Shown piece by piece: positions 11,074 to 23,700 of a DNA stretch of 64,000 nt; the first letter of the stretch is position 1, and every line of letters starts with the position of its first letter. Both the position numbers and the translations under genes were made by a program. This DNA is from Eledone cirrhosa (lineage: Eukaryota), in the NCBI GenBank assembly GCA_964016885.1, contig OZ024741.1, forward strand, positions 299,708,001 to 299,772,000. The letters run 5' to 3'. The notes beneath the pieces are model-generated. The model did no database searches and was not told where the DNA came from. It saw nothing but the letters and a program-made list of their open reading frames with translations.

Positions 11074-14000
11074 TCAGGGTTGTTCCTCTGTTAGTGGTAT
11101 CAATTGCAAATTATATGCCATCAGGATCGCACACTCGAGATGCAGCAACATACAGCTGCCCATGAATGCTGGATCATTCAAGTAGACACCAAATCGCTTG
11201 AAAGTCTGTCCCTGTGCCTTGTTGACAGTCATGGAGAAGGCCAAATTGACGGGAAACTGTCTCCCTTGCCAAATGAATGGCAGCAGATCTTCACTAGGTC
11301 TCAGCATGATCCTCGGAATGAGACCCAATTCCTCTCTGCCTGGGAGTTTAGCTTCTAAAACTCTTCCGTTAATCAATCTCTCAACAATCAATCTGGTACC
11401 ATTGCAAAGACCCATTTTATAATTGATATTTCTAAGCAATATAATCGGAATACTCTTTTTCAATCTCAAAATATGTGGGGGAAATCCGGGTATTTGAAGT
11501 GAATTTAGATACTCAATCGCAACATCCATATTGTTCTGCTGATTAGGCTCCATTGCATCCGCACTGACGGTCAACCAGTCTTCTCAAGGAAACATTCCGG
11601 CTACTTGTGAATTTATTTCATCGACCGTTGTATTCGTATGAGTTAGAATAACGCGTTCCGATATCCAGGAGATATTCTGCCCAAAAGCATTCACATTAGG
11701 GAACACCCAGTCAATCAATGCTTGGCGGTCCAGTGGCATAACCAAATGGTCTGGGATTCTTACAGTATGATTATCACCAACATGTAGCAATTCATCGTTT
11801 CCCAACTGCATCAACCATCGGCCGTATGTCTCAGCCTCTACGTTTTGCCCGAACATAGGAAGTCACATATTATCGTGTAATCGCAAAACTCTGAAATGGC
11901 GCCACGACGGGAACTTTTTCAGACATGCATCGAGAATTTGCGCTCTTTGAGCATTCCTAACAATTGGTAGCACTGTCTGAAATCACCACCAAGAACGATA
12001 GTCTTACCACCGAATGGCAGGTCACTACCGCAGATATCTCTCAAAGTTCTGTCCAATGGCTCCAGCAAATATCTGTGTGCTATTGGAGCATCATCCCAAA
12101 TAATCAGAGACGTATTGCGTATAAGGCCCTAGAGTTCACTTTGTCAATGTTACAGGCACTCAACTCATCCGGAGCCAATGGAGCCTTGAAGCATGAGTGG
12201 AAGGTCCATCCACCACTCAGCAAAGTGGCAGCGATCACACTGGTGGCCACAGGGAGAGCAATCTTCCTCCGAGATCTGACTGCCGATAACATAGTGTTGA
12301 AAGAGAATGTCTTTCCGGTGCCTCCTGGAGTATCTATGAAAGCACAAAGTTGCTCGTTAGTGGAAATCGAGTGGAGAACGCCATCGACCAATTCTCTCTG
12401 AGATTGGGTTAACATTGGCGTACGTTCATCTACAATACGTTGCTGTTCAGTGGATCAAACTGGAATAGTTCCCTCCGATCGAGTGCAATCTCATGTTCAA
12501 TGCTAAGACACGTTGCCGTATTTCTTCATCAGGAATTGGCAAATTGAAATCTGTTAAACATTTGAAATGAAATTCAAGAAGTTGCTCAATATTGAGCAAA
12601 ACAATAGCTTTCATCAAAGTTTCATCATCGACCTGAAGATGATGCCTATAACCATCAGCCATAATTCCCCAATGGCGTTGAAATAACTCTTTTGGATCGG
12701 CAGGATTGCAGAATCCTAGAACCGTGACAAACAACTGCCTTATTTGAGCTGGCATCTGTGTTGTTCCTGCAGCTTCCATGGCGTTATTCCATTCAGCGTC
12801 ATCCTGAAGGAGTCCCAGATGCTGACACACAGCCTGGTATGTTTCATATTCCACGCCATTGGTTGTTTTCAAATCAGTGAAGCTCTGTTTACTTCTCGAA
12901 ACATCATTATGCAACAGAATTCGGAGATAAAACACATCACCAGATGTAGGATGGGTATTACAAACCCGTCCAATAGTCATGAATATCAACTTTTGTTTTC
13001 TATCATTCCATTTCATTCCCTTCTTATCCCACGTATAGTGCGAAGGGAAATAGTAGTAGAGTTGCCTTTGATCCGGGTTCAAAGCATGTGCGCTATTATG
13101 CTTGAACCACTCAGTTAATTCCATCTTAGGAGGTGGTGCGTTAGCAATTCTTTCGACACCTCTTCTAGTGTCCTGAAAACAGACCAATTGCCTATTCTCT
13201 AAGTGAACCGTCAGTTTCTGAACGCTGGGTTTGTGTTCATTGAGATCAAAATCTCCAGCAAGCTTCGCTAGAGCCAATCGAGAGAACATCCTGTAACCTG
13301 CCAACTTCATCTCCTTGGTTCGCTTCCTCATTCCTGATATTGATCATTGCCCGATCATGACATTTGTAAACATTTGAATAGATATTTGCAAGCTTTCACT
13401 GAGCTACAAATTTCCACATTAATATGACAACGATATTTCATAATCAAATATGGATTGTATGGCACAACCCATTGATTTGTAACCTGTCGACCGTTTACAT
13501 TTTCGACCAAACCGCCGTCTGAAGGCGACCGTCTTCTGTATGAGGCATGAGCATCCCCATCGTTCCAGGAAGTGTTCGTGACAAAAGATTTCGGAAAGTG
13601 TTTACTGCATTGGCCATTTTTCATGCAAGGCGCTTTCCGATTTGCCACTCCGCATTGGTTGTGCACCATCGACTTTGCCACCAAGTGGCGTAGTGCCTCA
13701 TTCTCTGGTAGTTCAGCACACACAATGCTGTCGACATTCTCAGCACATCTCAATTTGCAATCTCTATGTAAAATGATCAGCAAATGTGCATGAGGCAATC
13801 CTCTTTTTTGGACTTCAATTACGTATGTAAAAGCAACTATACCTCTAAAGATTCTCTCTTTTTCCACATCATCCATTATCCTTTTCAGATATCCTTTGAA
13901 TATTCTTGCCACAATATCGGGACGGTCCTTCGGCTGTTGTCCTGGCAAAAGTGAATCCTTAATATTAGTCCATCCAGGCTTGCATGTAACCGTTATAAAC

Positions 14001-15600
14001 AAATCTGGCTTTCCAAACTTTCTGCCAATACCCATTGCATCCTGATAGCGAATGTTCATATATCTCGGGCCGCCGATGAACGACGATGGCAAAATGACGC
14101 GTCGACCAATTTGCTTGTAATTGGCATCATCGGCTGTTATAGCATCCTGTATATTATTATACAATTCAGCTCTGATATGTTGCTGATGTGTAGCTATATA
14201 ATTTAGTCTTTGATTTTCGATCTTTGCGAATGCCATACAACAGTATTCCTGAAATAATCTGCTGGCTTGAAATAGGGCATTTCTCTGTTGATTCCTCTCT
14301 TTCAAATGGAAAGCGTAAAAGTCGCGAATCGAATTTGTGTGCCTATTGCCACCTCCCTGTTGATGCTGATTCCCATGATCATCTAAATGAACAGATATGT
14401 TCCATCCATTTTCACCTTTTGGGAATAAAAGAACATAATGCAATGCATCGTATGCCCTATTTGACTCATTGATTGTCTTGAGGCCACCATCTCTGCGATT
14501 GAGGTCGATATCTTTCGATCCAGGCTTATCGTCCATCAACACAGCAAATTCACTAAATCCTTCAGGGGCATTATATCGCCGTTCGTGGTGATTCCTTAGC
14601 ACTGCGTCAGCCTTAATCACCAATGTTTGCTGCTGAACATTTTGCAGTTCAGCCACCAACATGAAATCCATAACATAAGCATTACACTGTCTAAGCCATG
14701 ATTGCAAATCACGGATCAAATCAATTAACCTTTGCCGTTCAAGTTCAGTTATATTTCCCGGCAACTTCATCCAACCGAACCTGATATCCTCCTCCGATTC
14801 ACTATATCGTTAACGTAAATTTGAGCGAATTTAGGCCTCTCTCCTGGGGTAAATTCTAATTTACCGATACAATGATACAAACGGCCTTGAATGACTACAT
14901 TCGGTTGCCATGCTCCACTCTGAAACATCTCACTAAATCTCTGCGATGCTAAAGCTAATGAATTGTTAATTTGCCGCGAATATTTGCGCAGTAATCTACC
15001 TCGGTCTCCTTAATCACCCCACATACTTGGAATTTTAAACTCCGGTGACTCCTCATCATCCTGCATTTGCAAGAGTTCTAGTTGCACTGCTCCTTTATAA
15101 CAGTACATTGTGGTCCACGTCTTTTCGTGCCTCCAAAGCAATGCTCCACAATGTGGACACTCTGCTCCTCCACCAATCTGAAAATGACACGGTTGTCATG
15201 ATCCATTTTTAATATCATTCGTTCGCCTTCTTGCCTCTTTACTGGAATGAGGAGCACTTTGGCTACCTATTCTCTGACCTTCTGTATTGCGCTGGCGCTG
15301 TTCACCCAGCTCATCTTCATTCATCGCAGCACGCCATTGCTGCTGAATTCTGGCCATCTGCTGATGATGCTCAACCAGTTCGTCTTCAACCATCGCAGCA
15401 CGCCGTCGCTGCTTGGCTCCAGTGTTTCGTTGGCATTGTTCAGCCAGCTCCTCTTCATTCATTGCGGCACATCTTCGCCTCTGAAGTTGCGCGTTACGAT
15501 GGCTCTGTTCGGCCCGTTTTTCTTCATTGCTGACTGTACGCCGTCGCCGTTGTAGTTCACTGTTTGATAAAGTCGAATTGCTTTTATTATCAGTATTCAT
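11074..15600 (-). pseudogene. Helitron RepHel (HUH Rep plus Pif1-family helicase), frameshifted
   Basis: N-terminal Q/E/R repeats, CPHCGAL zinc motif, PDLFITVTC, VIEVQKRGLPHAHLL (HUH), KYLFK, Walker A FIDTPGGTGKTF, IIWDDAP, GGDFRQ, LCNGTRL and FSMTVNKAQGQT, spread over several frames. Confidence 0.95.
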
Positions 15601-15619
15601 TTCGAGTAATTTTCAAAAA

Positions 15620-16293
15620 ATGACACAATGATAAATATAAAAGATGTCCGTCAATGTAAAGAATGGTTCCTATTTACTCCCTTCACAACTCTATGTATGT
15701 TAGACTGACAGACAGGCACACAGGAAGATAAACTGCGTGGCGATTGTGGAACGCCACACACATACACGCATGGAAACGCGCACATGCACGCAAACTTACA
15801 CACGCACACATTCACACATGTTGGTAGTTTTTACTTTCTGTGGAACTCTGCACGCATGCACACAGTCATAAACATACGCGCACGTACATACACACGCACA
15901 CATGTTATTAGTTATTGCTTTCCTTCCCCTCTTATTTCCACACACATCACGCACACACATGTCTCTACACTGACACATATACATAGTGAATACAAAATGA
16001 CACAATAATAAATATAAAATATGTCCGTCAATGTAAAGAAAGTTCCCCATTTACTCCCTTCACAACTCTGTGTATGTTAGACTGACAGACAGGCACACAG
16101 ACAGATAAACTGCGTGGCGATTGTGGAACGCCAAACACATACACGCATGGAAAGGCGCACACGCACGCAAATTTACACACGCCCACACTCACACATGTTG
16201 ATAGTTTTTACTTTCTGGGGAACGCTGCACGCACGCACACACACATAAACATACGCGCCCGTACATACACACGCACCCATGTTAATAGTTATT
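15620..16293. repeat. ~375-bp tandem duplication upstream of RepHel
   Basis: The block aaaatgacacaat..atgtccgtcaatgtaaagaa..ttactcccttcacaactct..gataaactgcgtggcgattgtggaacgcca occurs at ~15620 and ~15995. Confidence 0.85.
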
Positions 16294-16459
16294 GAACACA
16301 GCGTTCACACTCTCCACTCTCACTCCCTCATTGGCATTATGCATATTAATTTCAGTGTGGCGTTGTTGAGGTGGGCGGAGTAGTTTGAAACCTATGAACC
16401 AATGATAATCGAAAATTATTACACACGGGATACTGACTTTCTTGAAATTAATAAATAGA

Positions 16460-16810
16460 CTAGCTGACGTACCCAGCTTCGCCCGGGTAAACAGATGATA
16501 AGAGAAGACAGGTAAAAGAGAAAATGACTGTAATGGATGTTTGTCTGGTTACAGTATGAGGCGAGTCCGTGGTGTCTGTGCGATACAAAAACAGTAAGAA
16601 AATCTTCCAGATATACCGGATTCTTCGTTGCACGGTTTGTGCATAGTATATGAACAATTGTAGGTGCTCCCACCTAGAATAGTGACCTCTAGGGGATGGT
16701 TCACCCTCTACCTGACTCTAAAACGTGTATCATTGCATAGACGTGGTTGTTCCACATTTCTCAAAAGGATGATGGAAGTTCCAATCTTTTATATTATAGG
16801 TAGATATAGA
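16460..16810 (-). mobile_element. Non-autonomous mini-Helitron, copy 2
   Basis: Minus strand runs from TCTATATCTACCTATAATATAAAA to acccgggcgaagctgggtacgtcagCTAG|T; direct repeat of 10132-10494. Confidence 0.85.
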
Positions 16811-18964
16811 TATAGCTTATTGGCTAAATAACATTATAATACATTTCATTATTGGCTAAATACATTATAATACATTGAGTGACATAGTGCCAGAGTTAAG
16901 CTTCATGAACTAATTTGTTTCACTTACGAAGTTTTTTCTGTATTCTAATGTCAGATGTAAAAGCAATTGGCTTCAACTGAAAGATCTGCGCAGGCAAACT
17001 AACCAGCAAATTATAGATTTCCAATATTGGCTGTCACAACGTTGTGTATCTTGGGGGTGGTGGATGAATAAATAGTACTTCGGTACATGATCGGCACATA
17101 TTTTATCAACGCCAGAAGAGTAAATACAACGTCGAATGTTAGCTGAATTTAAATTAAAATTTAACAATGACGTAGTTATATGCTGTAACATACTTTTTTC
17201 CGCGCAGTCTATTGACTTGCCAGCCTCCAAAATTCAAACAACCAGATATGAAAATTAATTTCACCCCTTTAGTGCGTTGATTTCTTGTTATCGATTCTTT
17301 GTCTTCATGTAATTTGAGAGAAGCAAGTGAAACTAGTGGTGCCCATCTTTCACTGAATTAGTCTGATAATTAAATAAAAAATTAATGAGAGCTTGGAATC
17401 GAAGATGGAAGCCATGAATGAAATATAGTGAAACACAACCACCATACAATTCTAGTTTACTGCCATCCTGCGACACACAGGATACGGAAATGCATACTCG
17501 ATATATGTACAGTATATAGTCTATATAAATCTCTCAATAAATATACAGACTCTAGTGCATGAGATTATAAAGGTTTTCCTCATTTGTATTATATGTAGAA
17601 TATGCACACTATAAGCTGATTTATTAAGAACATATTAAAGAGAACATACATATAGAATATAATGATGTAGAAGCAACAAGTTAGTTCATTATCTATTGTA
17701 CACAAACTATAGAAACATTCAGACACAAAGGGTGGTATATATTTGCCTGCTACATCAAAGCATCAAATTATTACTCGAGTGTTATCTCGAACTTGCTTTG
17801 TACTGATCTGATTCGATTAACACGAATATAAATTTAAGTAATAAAAGAAATTAAATTCGTGACACGTTATCGAAAAATAAATAAAATTTACAAGATTAAT
17901 AGAATGGTATTAGCCTGATGGATTGACTGAATCTATTCTACTCGGACGGAAACCCTTACTTCATTTAGCTAGTCCAAGTTCTGCATCGACTTTGCTTTTA
18001 ACTTTTGGGACCTACATAAAATATACCAGTAATATAGTAAGGTTGATCTAAACGTCTATACCATGTTGTAATACTTTGGTTACTGGCATTTAGCTGCAAG
18101 AGAAAAGCGCGCTTGTTTAAATATGTTAACATAGCTCGATACATTCTGTTTAAATCTTAACAAAATATGTGGTTCTTTTAAAGTGCCATTTTGTTCATAT
18201 GAAGAGAAAGGAGTGGATATCCTTCTCTCTTGACGATGGGTGTTTCACAAGTTCAACCAACGGGATCAGCCTGTGCATGAAATTCCTGTGTATGCATTCA
18301 ACAGAAGACAGATACAATGTGTGAAAGTATTTGTCAAAGCTGGTCTTTGCATTACAGGTTCCTTACACCTGGTAGACTTGTATCAACTAGAAGTTATTGT
18401 AAATGGCTTATGCGCAAGTTATCAAGTAGTCGGTTAGAACACGAGACCTAATTATTGCAAAACCACTTTCCTAACTATTCGACAATCCTGTATCCACTGG
18501 AACATAAACTTTATATGCGCACGACTCTAGGCTACAAGGATCTCATATAGCAACATGGAACCTGATATCTATTGCTATACTATATACAATGTCCAATCTG
18601 ATCAAACGACCCTGGAATCAAATGTATTTCCCAATTTCAAACTTTACTATTTTATCTCATCCAAATGACACACATTTAGAGCTACCGTAGATTCCTAATG
18701 TAGTTTCTTCTTTTTTTTGTTTTAGTAAAGTATAACAAGAATGGTGGTAACGTCGTCTGCGTTAGAGCAGAGGATCACTAGTAACTCGCTACAAATATAT
18801 ACGTACAATATATACATACACATACACAACAAAATCACCAAACGCACACACAAATATACACAAATATACATATATATCCACACACACAAATATACATATA
18901 TATATAAATTACACAAACACACACGCACACACACACACAGACACACACACACACAGACACACAC

Positions 18965-19046
<82 letters not shown>

Positions 19047-20100
19047 AAATGCACCAATATGATTATAATTATCATGTGTAGGTACATATTGTATGTTATT
19101 GCTAATTAGATTTTATATATGTATGTCGCATTCTCATGACCAATATAAAGTTAATGATACAAAAGAAAAGCAATGGAAAAATTAAAGTGGATTTGAGTCT
19201 AGGTGTAAAGTATGTGAAGTCTAGGTGATAGTATTGTTGCCAGGAAATTTGGCGTATTCATTAAGAAGCAAAAATAAAACTTTAAAAAAATCAACATAAT
19301 TAAATAACGCGAATGCTAATTGATTTTCTCTGCTAATCTCAATGATTAAGATGCCATGTCGTAATTGTTAATTTACTCTTTAAATAAAACAATTAACAAA
19401 TTCCAATTTTATTGCGCCCAAATTACGTGGTATGGTCACCAAATTTACAATTCGATTAGTCATTATTTAGTATATATGCATGAGTGACAATTCTCTTCAT
19501 AATAACTAGTAGATTTTAGATTGAGTCAGAAAAAGAAAAGGAAAAATAAAATCATAAGGGATTGTGAATGTAAATGTTTTCATGACTCGATCATATTTAA
19601 AGTATGTTTTCCAAACTTTTGATCTTGTTTTCGATATAATTTATTTATACTATGATAATTGCATCTGTTTGGAATATCATGAACATATATAGGTATAGTT
19701 AAATACGAATTTACTGTATTAATTTAATGTCCTGCTGTCAGTCAACTAGAAAGTTTTGGAAACTAACGGAAATTCACATTGACAATATTGTCTATTGCTG
19801 CAAATTCAATTTTAGTTTTGCGCATTTATCACTAGGTGATAATTTAAACATAAATAGTTTAGCTTAGGATACATCTCTAGAAAGTGTTTGCTTGAAATGT
19901 TTACTACTTTATACAGAAATAAATTATTAACTTTGATTAATCGAGGTTAATTCGATAGCTACTAGCTGGGATACAAAGATATGAAATCGCGGTTCCTGCC
20001 ATGGCTGCCTGTCCAAAATGCTGATGGAGGGTAACGAAGAATCAGACAAAGGGAATCCTGGTACGACAACATGTAGATCCGTGGATATCGGTCTAAACAC

Positions 20101-20185
<85 letters not shown>

Positions 20186-20243
20186 ACGTAAAATAAGAAA
20201 ATTTAAAAAAAAATTTCAAAAAATTAACTTACTTAAATTTTCA

Positions 20244-20323
20244 CTCCAACTAATTAGTTTCTGCAATGGGATAAAGACAGTTACGTAATGAACTGTTGAG
20301 AATTTCATTGCGTCATCAGGGAG
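20244..20323 (-). ncRNA. Type I hammerhead ribozyme motif (548-bp unit, inverted copy)
   Basis: Reverse complement of the motif at 21246-21325, with core and stems intact. Confidence 0.72.
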
Positions 20324-21245
20324 GTCTATTCTCAGCCAAGTCTCCAGGCAATGCGCGGACACTGGGGACTCATATAAAAATAAAAATAATTCGGTAAATA
20401 GAACAGCTATCGGGGACTGGATTCCAAGCACTGAAAATTCTCGCTGCCCCTGGTCAAATGGCCGATTCTAAAGAATCAATCAGGTGACACTGAGGCCAGT
20501 CGGTAGGAGTGGGATGGTAAGATGACAGACGCCTACTAACACCCCCAAACACATTTAGTAGTGGTTTTGGCAGGTTTGCTCGACAAATCAGTGATTTGGA
20601 GGTAAATATAGATAATTTAATATATCTACTAACATAAGCGCACAGATATACGCCAATGCCAGCAAATACACAGGTTATGTCATAGTACCTAGGTGGTTCA
20701 ATGCAGGAGGATGCAGAACAATAATATAAAAGACGTAAAATAAGAACATTTTTAAAAGAAATTTTAAAAAATTAACTTACTTTTTAAGTAAGTTAATTTA
20801 AAAAAAAATTTTTTTTTAATTTTCTTATTTTACGTCTTTTATATTATTGTTCTGCATCCTCCTGCATTGAACCACCTAGGTACTATGACATAACCTGTGT
20901 ATTTGCTGGCATTGGCGTACATCTGTGCGCTTATGTTAGTAGATATATTAAATTATCTATATTTACCTCCAAATCACTGATTTGTCGAGCAAACCTGCCA
21001 AAACCACTACTAAAAATTTTTTTGGGGTGTTAGTAGGCGTCTGTCATTTTACCATCCCACTCCTACCGACTGGCCTCAGTGTCACGTGATTGATTCTTTA
21101 GAATCGGCCATTTGACCAGGGGCAGCGAGAATTTTCAGTGCTTGGAATCCAGTCCCCGATAGCTGTTCCATTTACCGAATTATTTTTATTTTTATATGAG
21201 TCCCCAGTGTCCGCGCATTGCCTGGAGACTTCGCTGAGAATAGAC

Positions 21246-21325
21246 CTCCCTGATGACGCAATGAAATTCTCAACAGTTCATTACGTAACTGTCTTTATCC
21301 CATTGCAGAAACTAATTAGTTGGAG
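21246..21325 (+). ncRNA. Type I hammerhead ribozyme motif
   Basis: ctcc-CTGATGA-c-gcaatg..(inner acagtt/aactgt hairpin)..cattgc-a-GAAA-ctaattag-TT-ggag. Stem I ctcc/ggag, palindromic stem III, predicted GUU cleavage after 21321. Confidence 0.75.
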
Positions 21326-21793
21326 TGAAAATTTAAGTAAGTTAATTTTTTAAAATTTTTTTAAAAAACTTTCTTATTTTACGTCTTTTATATTATTGTT
21401 CTGCATCCTCCTGCATTGAACCACCTAGGTACTATGACATAACCTGTGTATTTGCTGGCATTGGCGTACATTTGTGCGCTTATGTTAGTAGATATATTAA
21501 ATTATCTATATTTACCTCCAAATCACTGATTTGTCGAGCAAACCTGCCAAAACCACTACTGAATTTTTTTGGGGGTGTTAGTAGGCGTCTGTCATCTTAC
21601 CATCCCACTCCTACCGACTGGCCTCAGTGTCACGTGATTGATTCTTTAGAATCGGCCATTTGACCAGGGGCAGCGAGAATTTTCAGTGCTTGGAATCCAG
21701 TCCCCGATAGCTGTTCCATTTACCGAATTATTTTTATTTTTATATGAGTCCCCAGTGTCCGCGCATTGCCTGGAGACTTGGCTGAGAATAGAC

Positions 21794-21873
21794 CTCCCTG
21801 ATGACGCAATGAAATTCTCAACAGTTCGTTACGTAACTGTCTTTATCCCATTGCAGAAACTAATTAGTTGTAG
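21794..21873 (+). ncRNA. Type I hammerhead motif with a stem I mutation
   Basis: Same as 21246-21325, but the 3' strand of stem I reads gtag instead of ggag. Confidence 0.62.
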
Positions 21874-22064
21874 TGAAAATTTAAGTAAGTAAGTTAATTG
21901 TTTTTTATTTTTTTTTTAAACTTTCTTATTTTACGTCTTTTATATTATTGTTCTGCATCCTCCTGCATTGAACCACCTAGGTACTATGACATAACCTGTG
22001 TACTTGCTGGCATTGGCCTACATTTGTGCGCTTATGTTAGTAGATATATTAAATTATCTATATC

Positions 22065-22091
<27 letters not shown>

Positions 22092-22095
<4 letters not shown>

Positions 22096-23700
22096 ATGAT
22101 AATAATAATAGTAATAATAATAAATTAGAAGACTAAAATCCAAAGAAGGCTCGATAAATATATATCAAATATATAAGAACCCTAGAGCAAATATTTATTA
22201 AAAGAACAGATTAAAGTTTAAGCAAAGAATGTTTACAAGCAGAAATTGCCTCAGATTTTTTCTTTAAGATGTGGTCTGTGGCGTAGACTATTTCCAGGGC
22301 CTCAGCGACGCAGAGGTCTCGTGGTCTTTTATTTCCGTTATAAGATCTAGCCCTAACTAGGATCTGCCAGTGTAACTTATATTGGGTGTGGTTGTCTTTT
22401 AGACTCAAGATATAAGCTGAAAGTGACATCATATTCCTTCTTAGAGGGTAACGAAAAGAATGGGTATGCTTGTAAAGACGCTGCTTGAATCTATTGGCGG
22501 TTAACCCTATGTAGCCCCTACGGAATGTGGGTGTTTGAACCTTACATTTGTAGACAGTGTTACTAGAGAGGCATTTCCCTGGTAGGGGTAAATCAACCCG
22601 ATTCCTACAATTACAGTTAGTACTAACAACAGAGTCGCACGTGTTCCTACGGCTAGGCAGTTTAGCTAAATTTAAAGCTGTGATGTTATGTGCAAGGTTA
22701 GGAGTCGTAGAGTAAGACATTTTAGTAGTATTTCTATTAAAAATGTTACTATATTTATGTGTATGGGGAAAAATACTTCGTAATAAGGGATAGAAAGATC
22801 TTAGCTAATGGTGTGGCCACCACCATATTATATGGTTGGTTATACCATATAATGCGTCGTGATCTATTTCTTCTAGGTCTATTCTCGTAGTATGTATATG
22901 TTACCTTATCGACAAATCCACTCCGAGCAAGAGCTTCATTGTAATATGCGGAATGGTCGTTGAAAATATGCTCGTTAGTAGATAGATGGGAAAGCCTCAA
23001 AGAAACGTTTCTTACCAGATTCTTGGTTATGCTGGCAGGATGGTTGGAATGCTTACTTATGTAATTAAGCGTATCATTCAGCTTTCTATACGGGTAATAC
23101 AAGCCATTCGATAAATTGAGGGTAACGTCGAGGTAATTAACGACCGAGAGGTTTGTTTCAACCTGTATAGAGAGGTTGAAGCCTTTAAAAGAAGCTGTGA
23201 GTTCTTTTCTGAACCTGTCGCAAGCACGTGGGCCGCAATTAGTCATGGTCAAAAGACCATCATCACGGTACAAACCACCGCCCACGTTGGGAAATTCCTC
23301 CTTGATAGAGAAAAGAAGGAAAAGGCCGATAAGATCAGTAACCTCCTCAGAATCGCTGGCGCCCATACTCACGTCGAATGGGGTACTATTAGATTTTTTA
23401 ATCCAAATAGAGTCGTCGAAATTAATCACCGACTTACGGGCATTGAGGGTGACATTAACTTCGAGATCCTTAACCACTATGAGTGTTTTAGCGAAATTGA
23501 TAGCTCTAAGGAGAAGTGATAAAGTGATGGAGGAGTAGTAATTAATGATGTCAAATTGGATAAAACGGCAATATTCCTTGTTTTCATATCGCCGTTGAAC
23601 CAATCAATCATCCCGAAAGAATTGTTCCACAGTGCAAGAGAGGCCAAATTTCTAATTTCATGTATAATTATACCTGACATTTTATCTTATTTTATTCGAA
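22092..23700 (-). mobile_element. Penelope-like retroelement remnant (RT plus C-terminal GIY-YIG; resembles the Hydra clade), 5'-truncated and frameshifted
   Basis: RT motifs FIQFDIINYYSSI, FDVSMGASDSEEV, LYRDDGL, VNYLDVTL and SNHP; linker CNCRNRVDLPLPGKCL; endonuclease VYKC..YIGLT..FKQR..H. Confidence 0.88.

Larger units (their letters stand above)
20182..22065. mobile_element. Hammerhead-carrying 548-bp non-coding repeat array (retrozyme-like or PLE pseudo-LTR type): ~1.1 inverted units head-to-head with ~2.3 tandem units
   Basis: Near-identical ORFs at 21138 and 21686 give a period of 548, with a mirror copy at 20216-20431. Inversion centre at ~20783-20785; (TA)n on both flanks. Confidence 0.85.

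Noticed and set aside
16973-17230. Minus-strand 85-aa ORF with splice-like signals
   Set aside because: No recognisable protein family, and the signals are compatible with chance.
21235-21272. Alternative type III hammerhead fold (tgagaat/attctca as stem III, using the first GAAA)
   Set aside because: Stems I and II would have almost no base pairs. The type I fold using the downstream GAAA pairs far better, though this could be a competing conformation.
20216-21892. Repeated 68-71 aa ORF MLGIQSPIAV...
   Set aside because: It starts at a non-ATG codon, overlaps the hammerhead and has no recognisable domain; it recurs only because the unit is repeated.
20182-22065. CRISPR-like or satellite interpretation of the array
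   Set aside because: The context is eukaryotic, the units are 548 bp with no unique spacers, and there are only a few copies.
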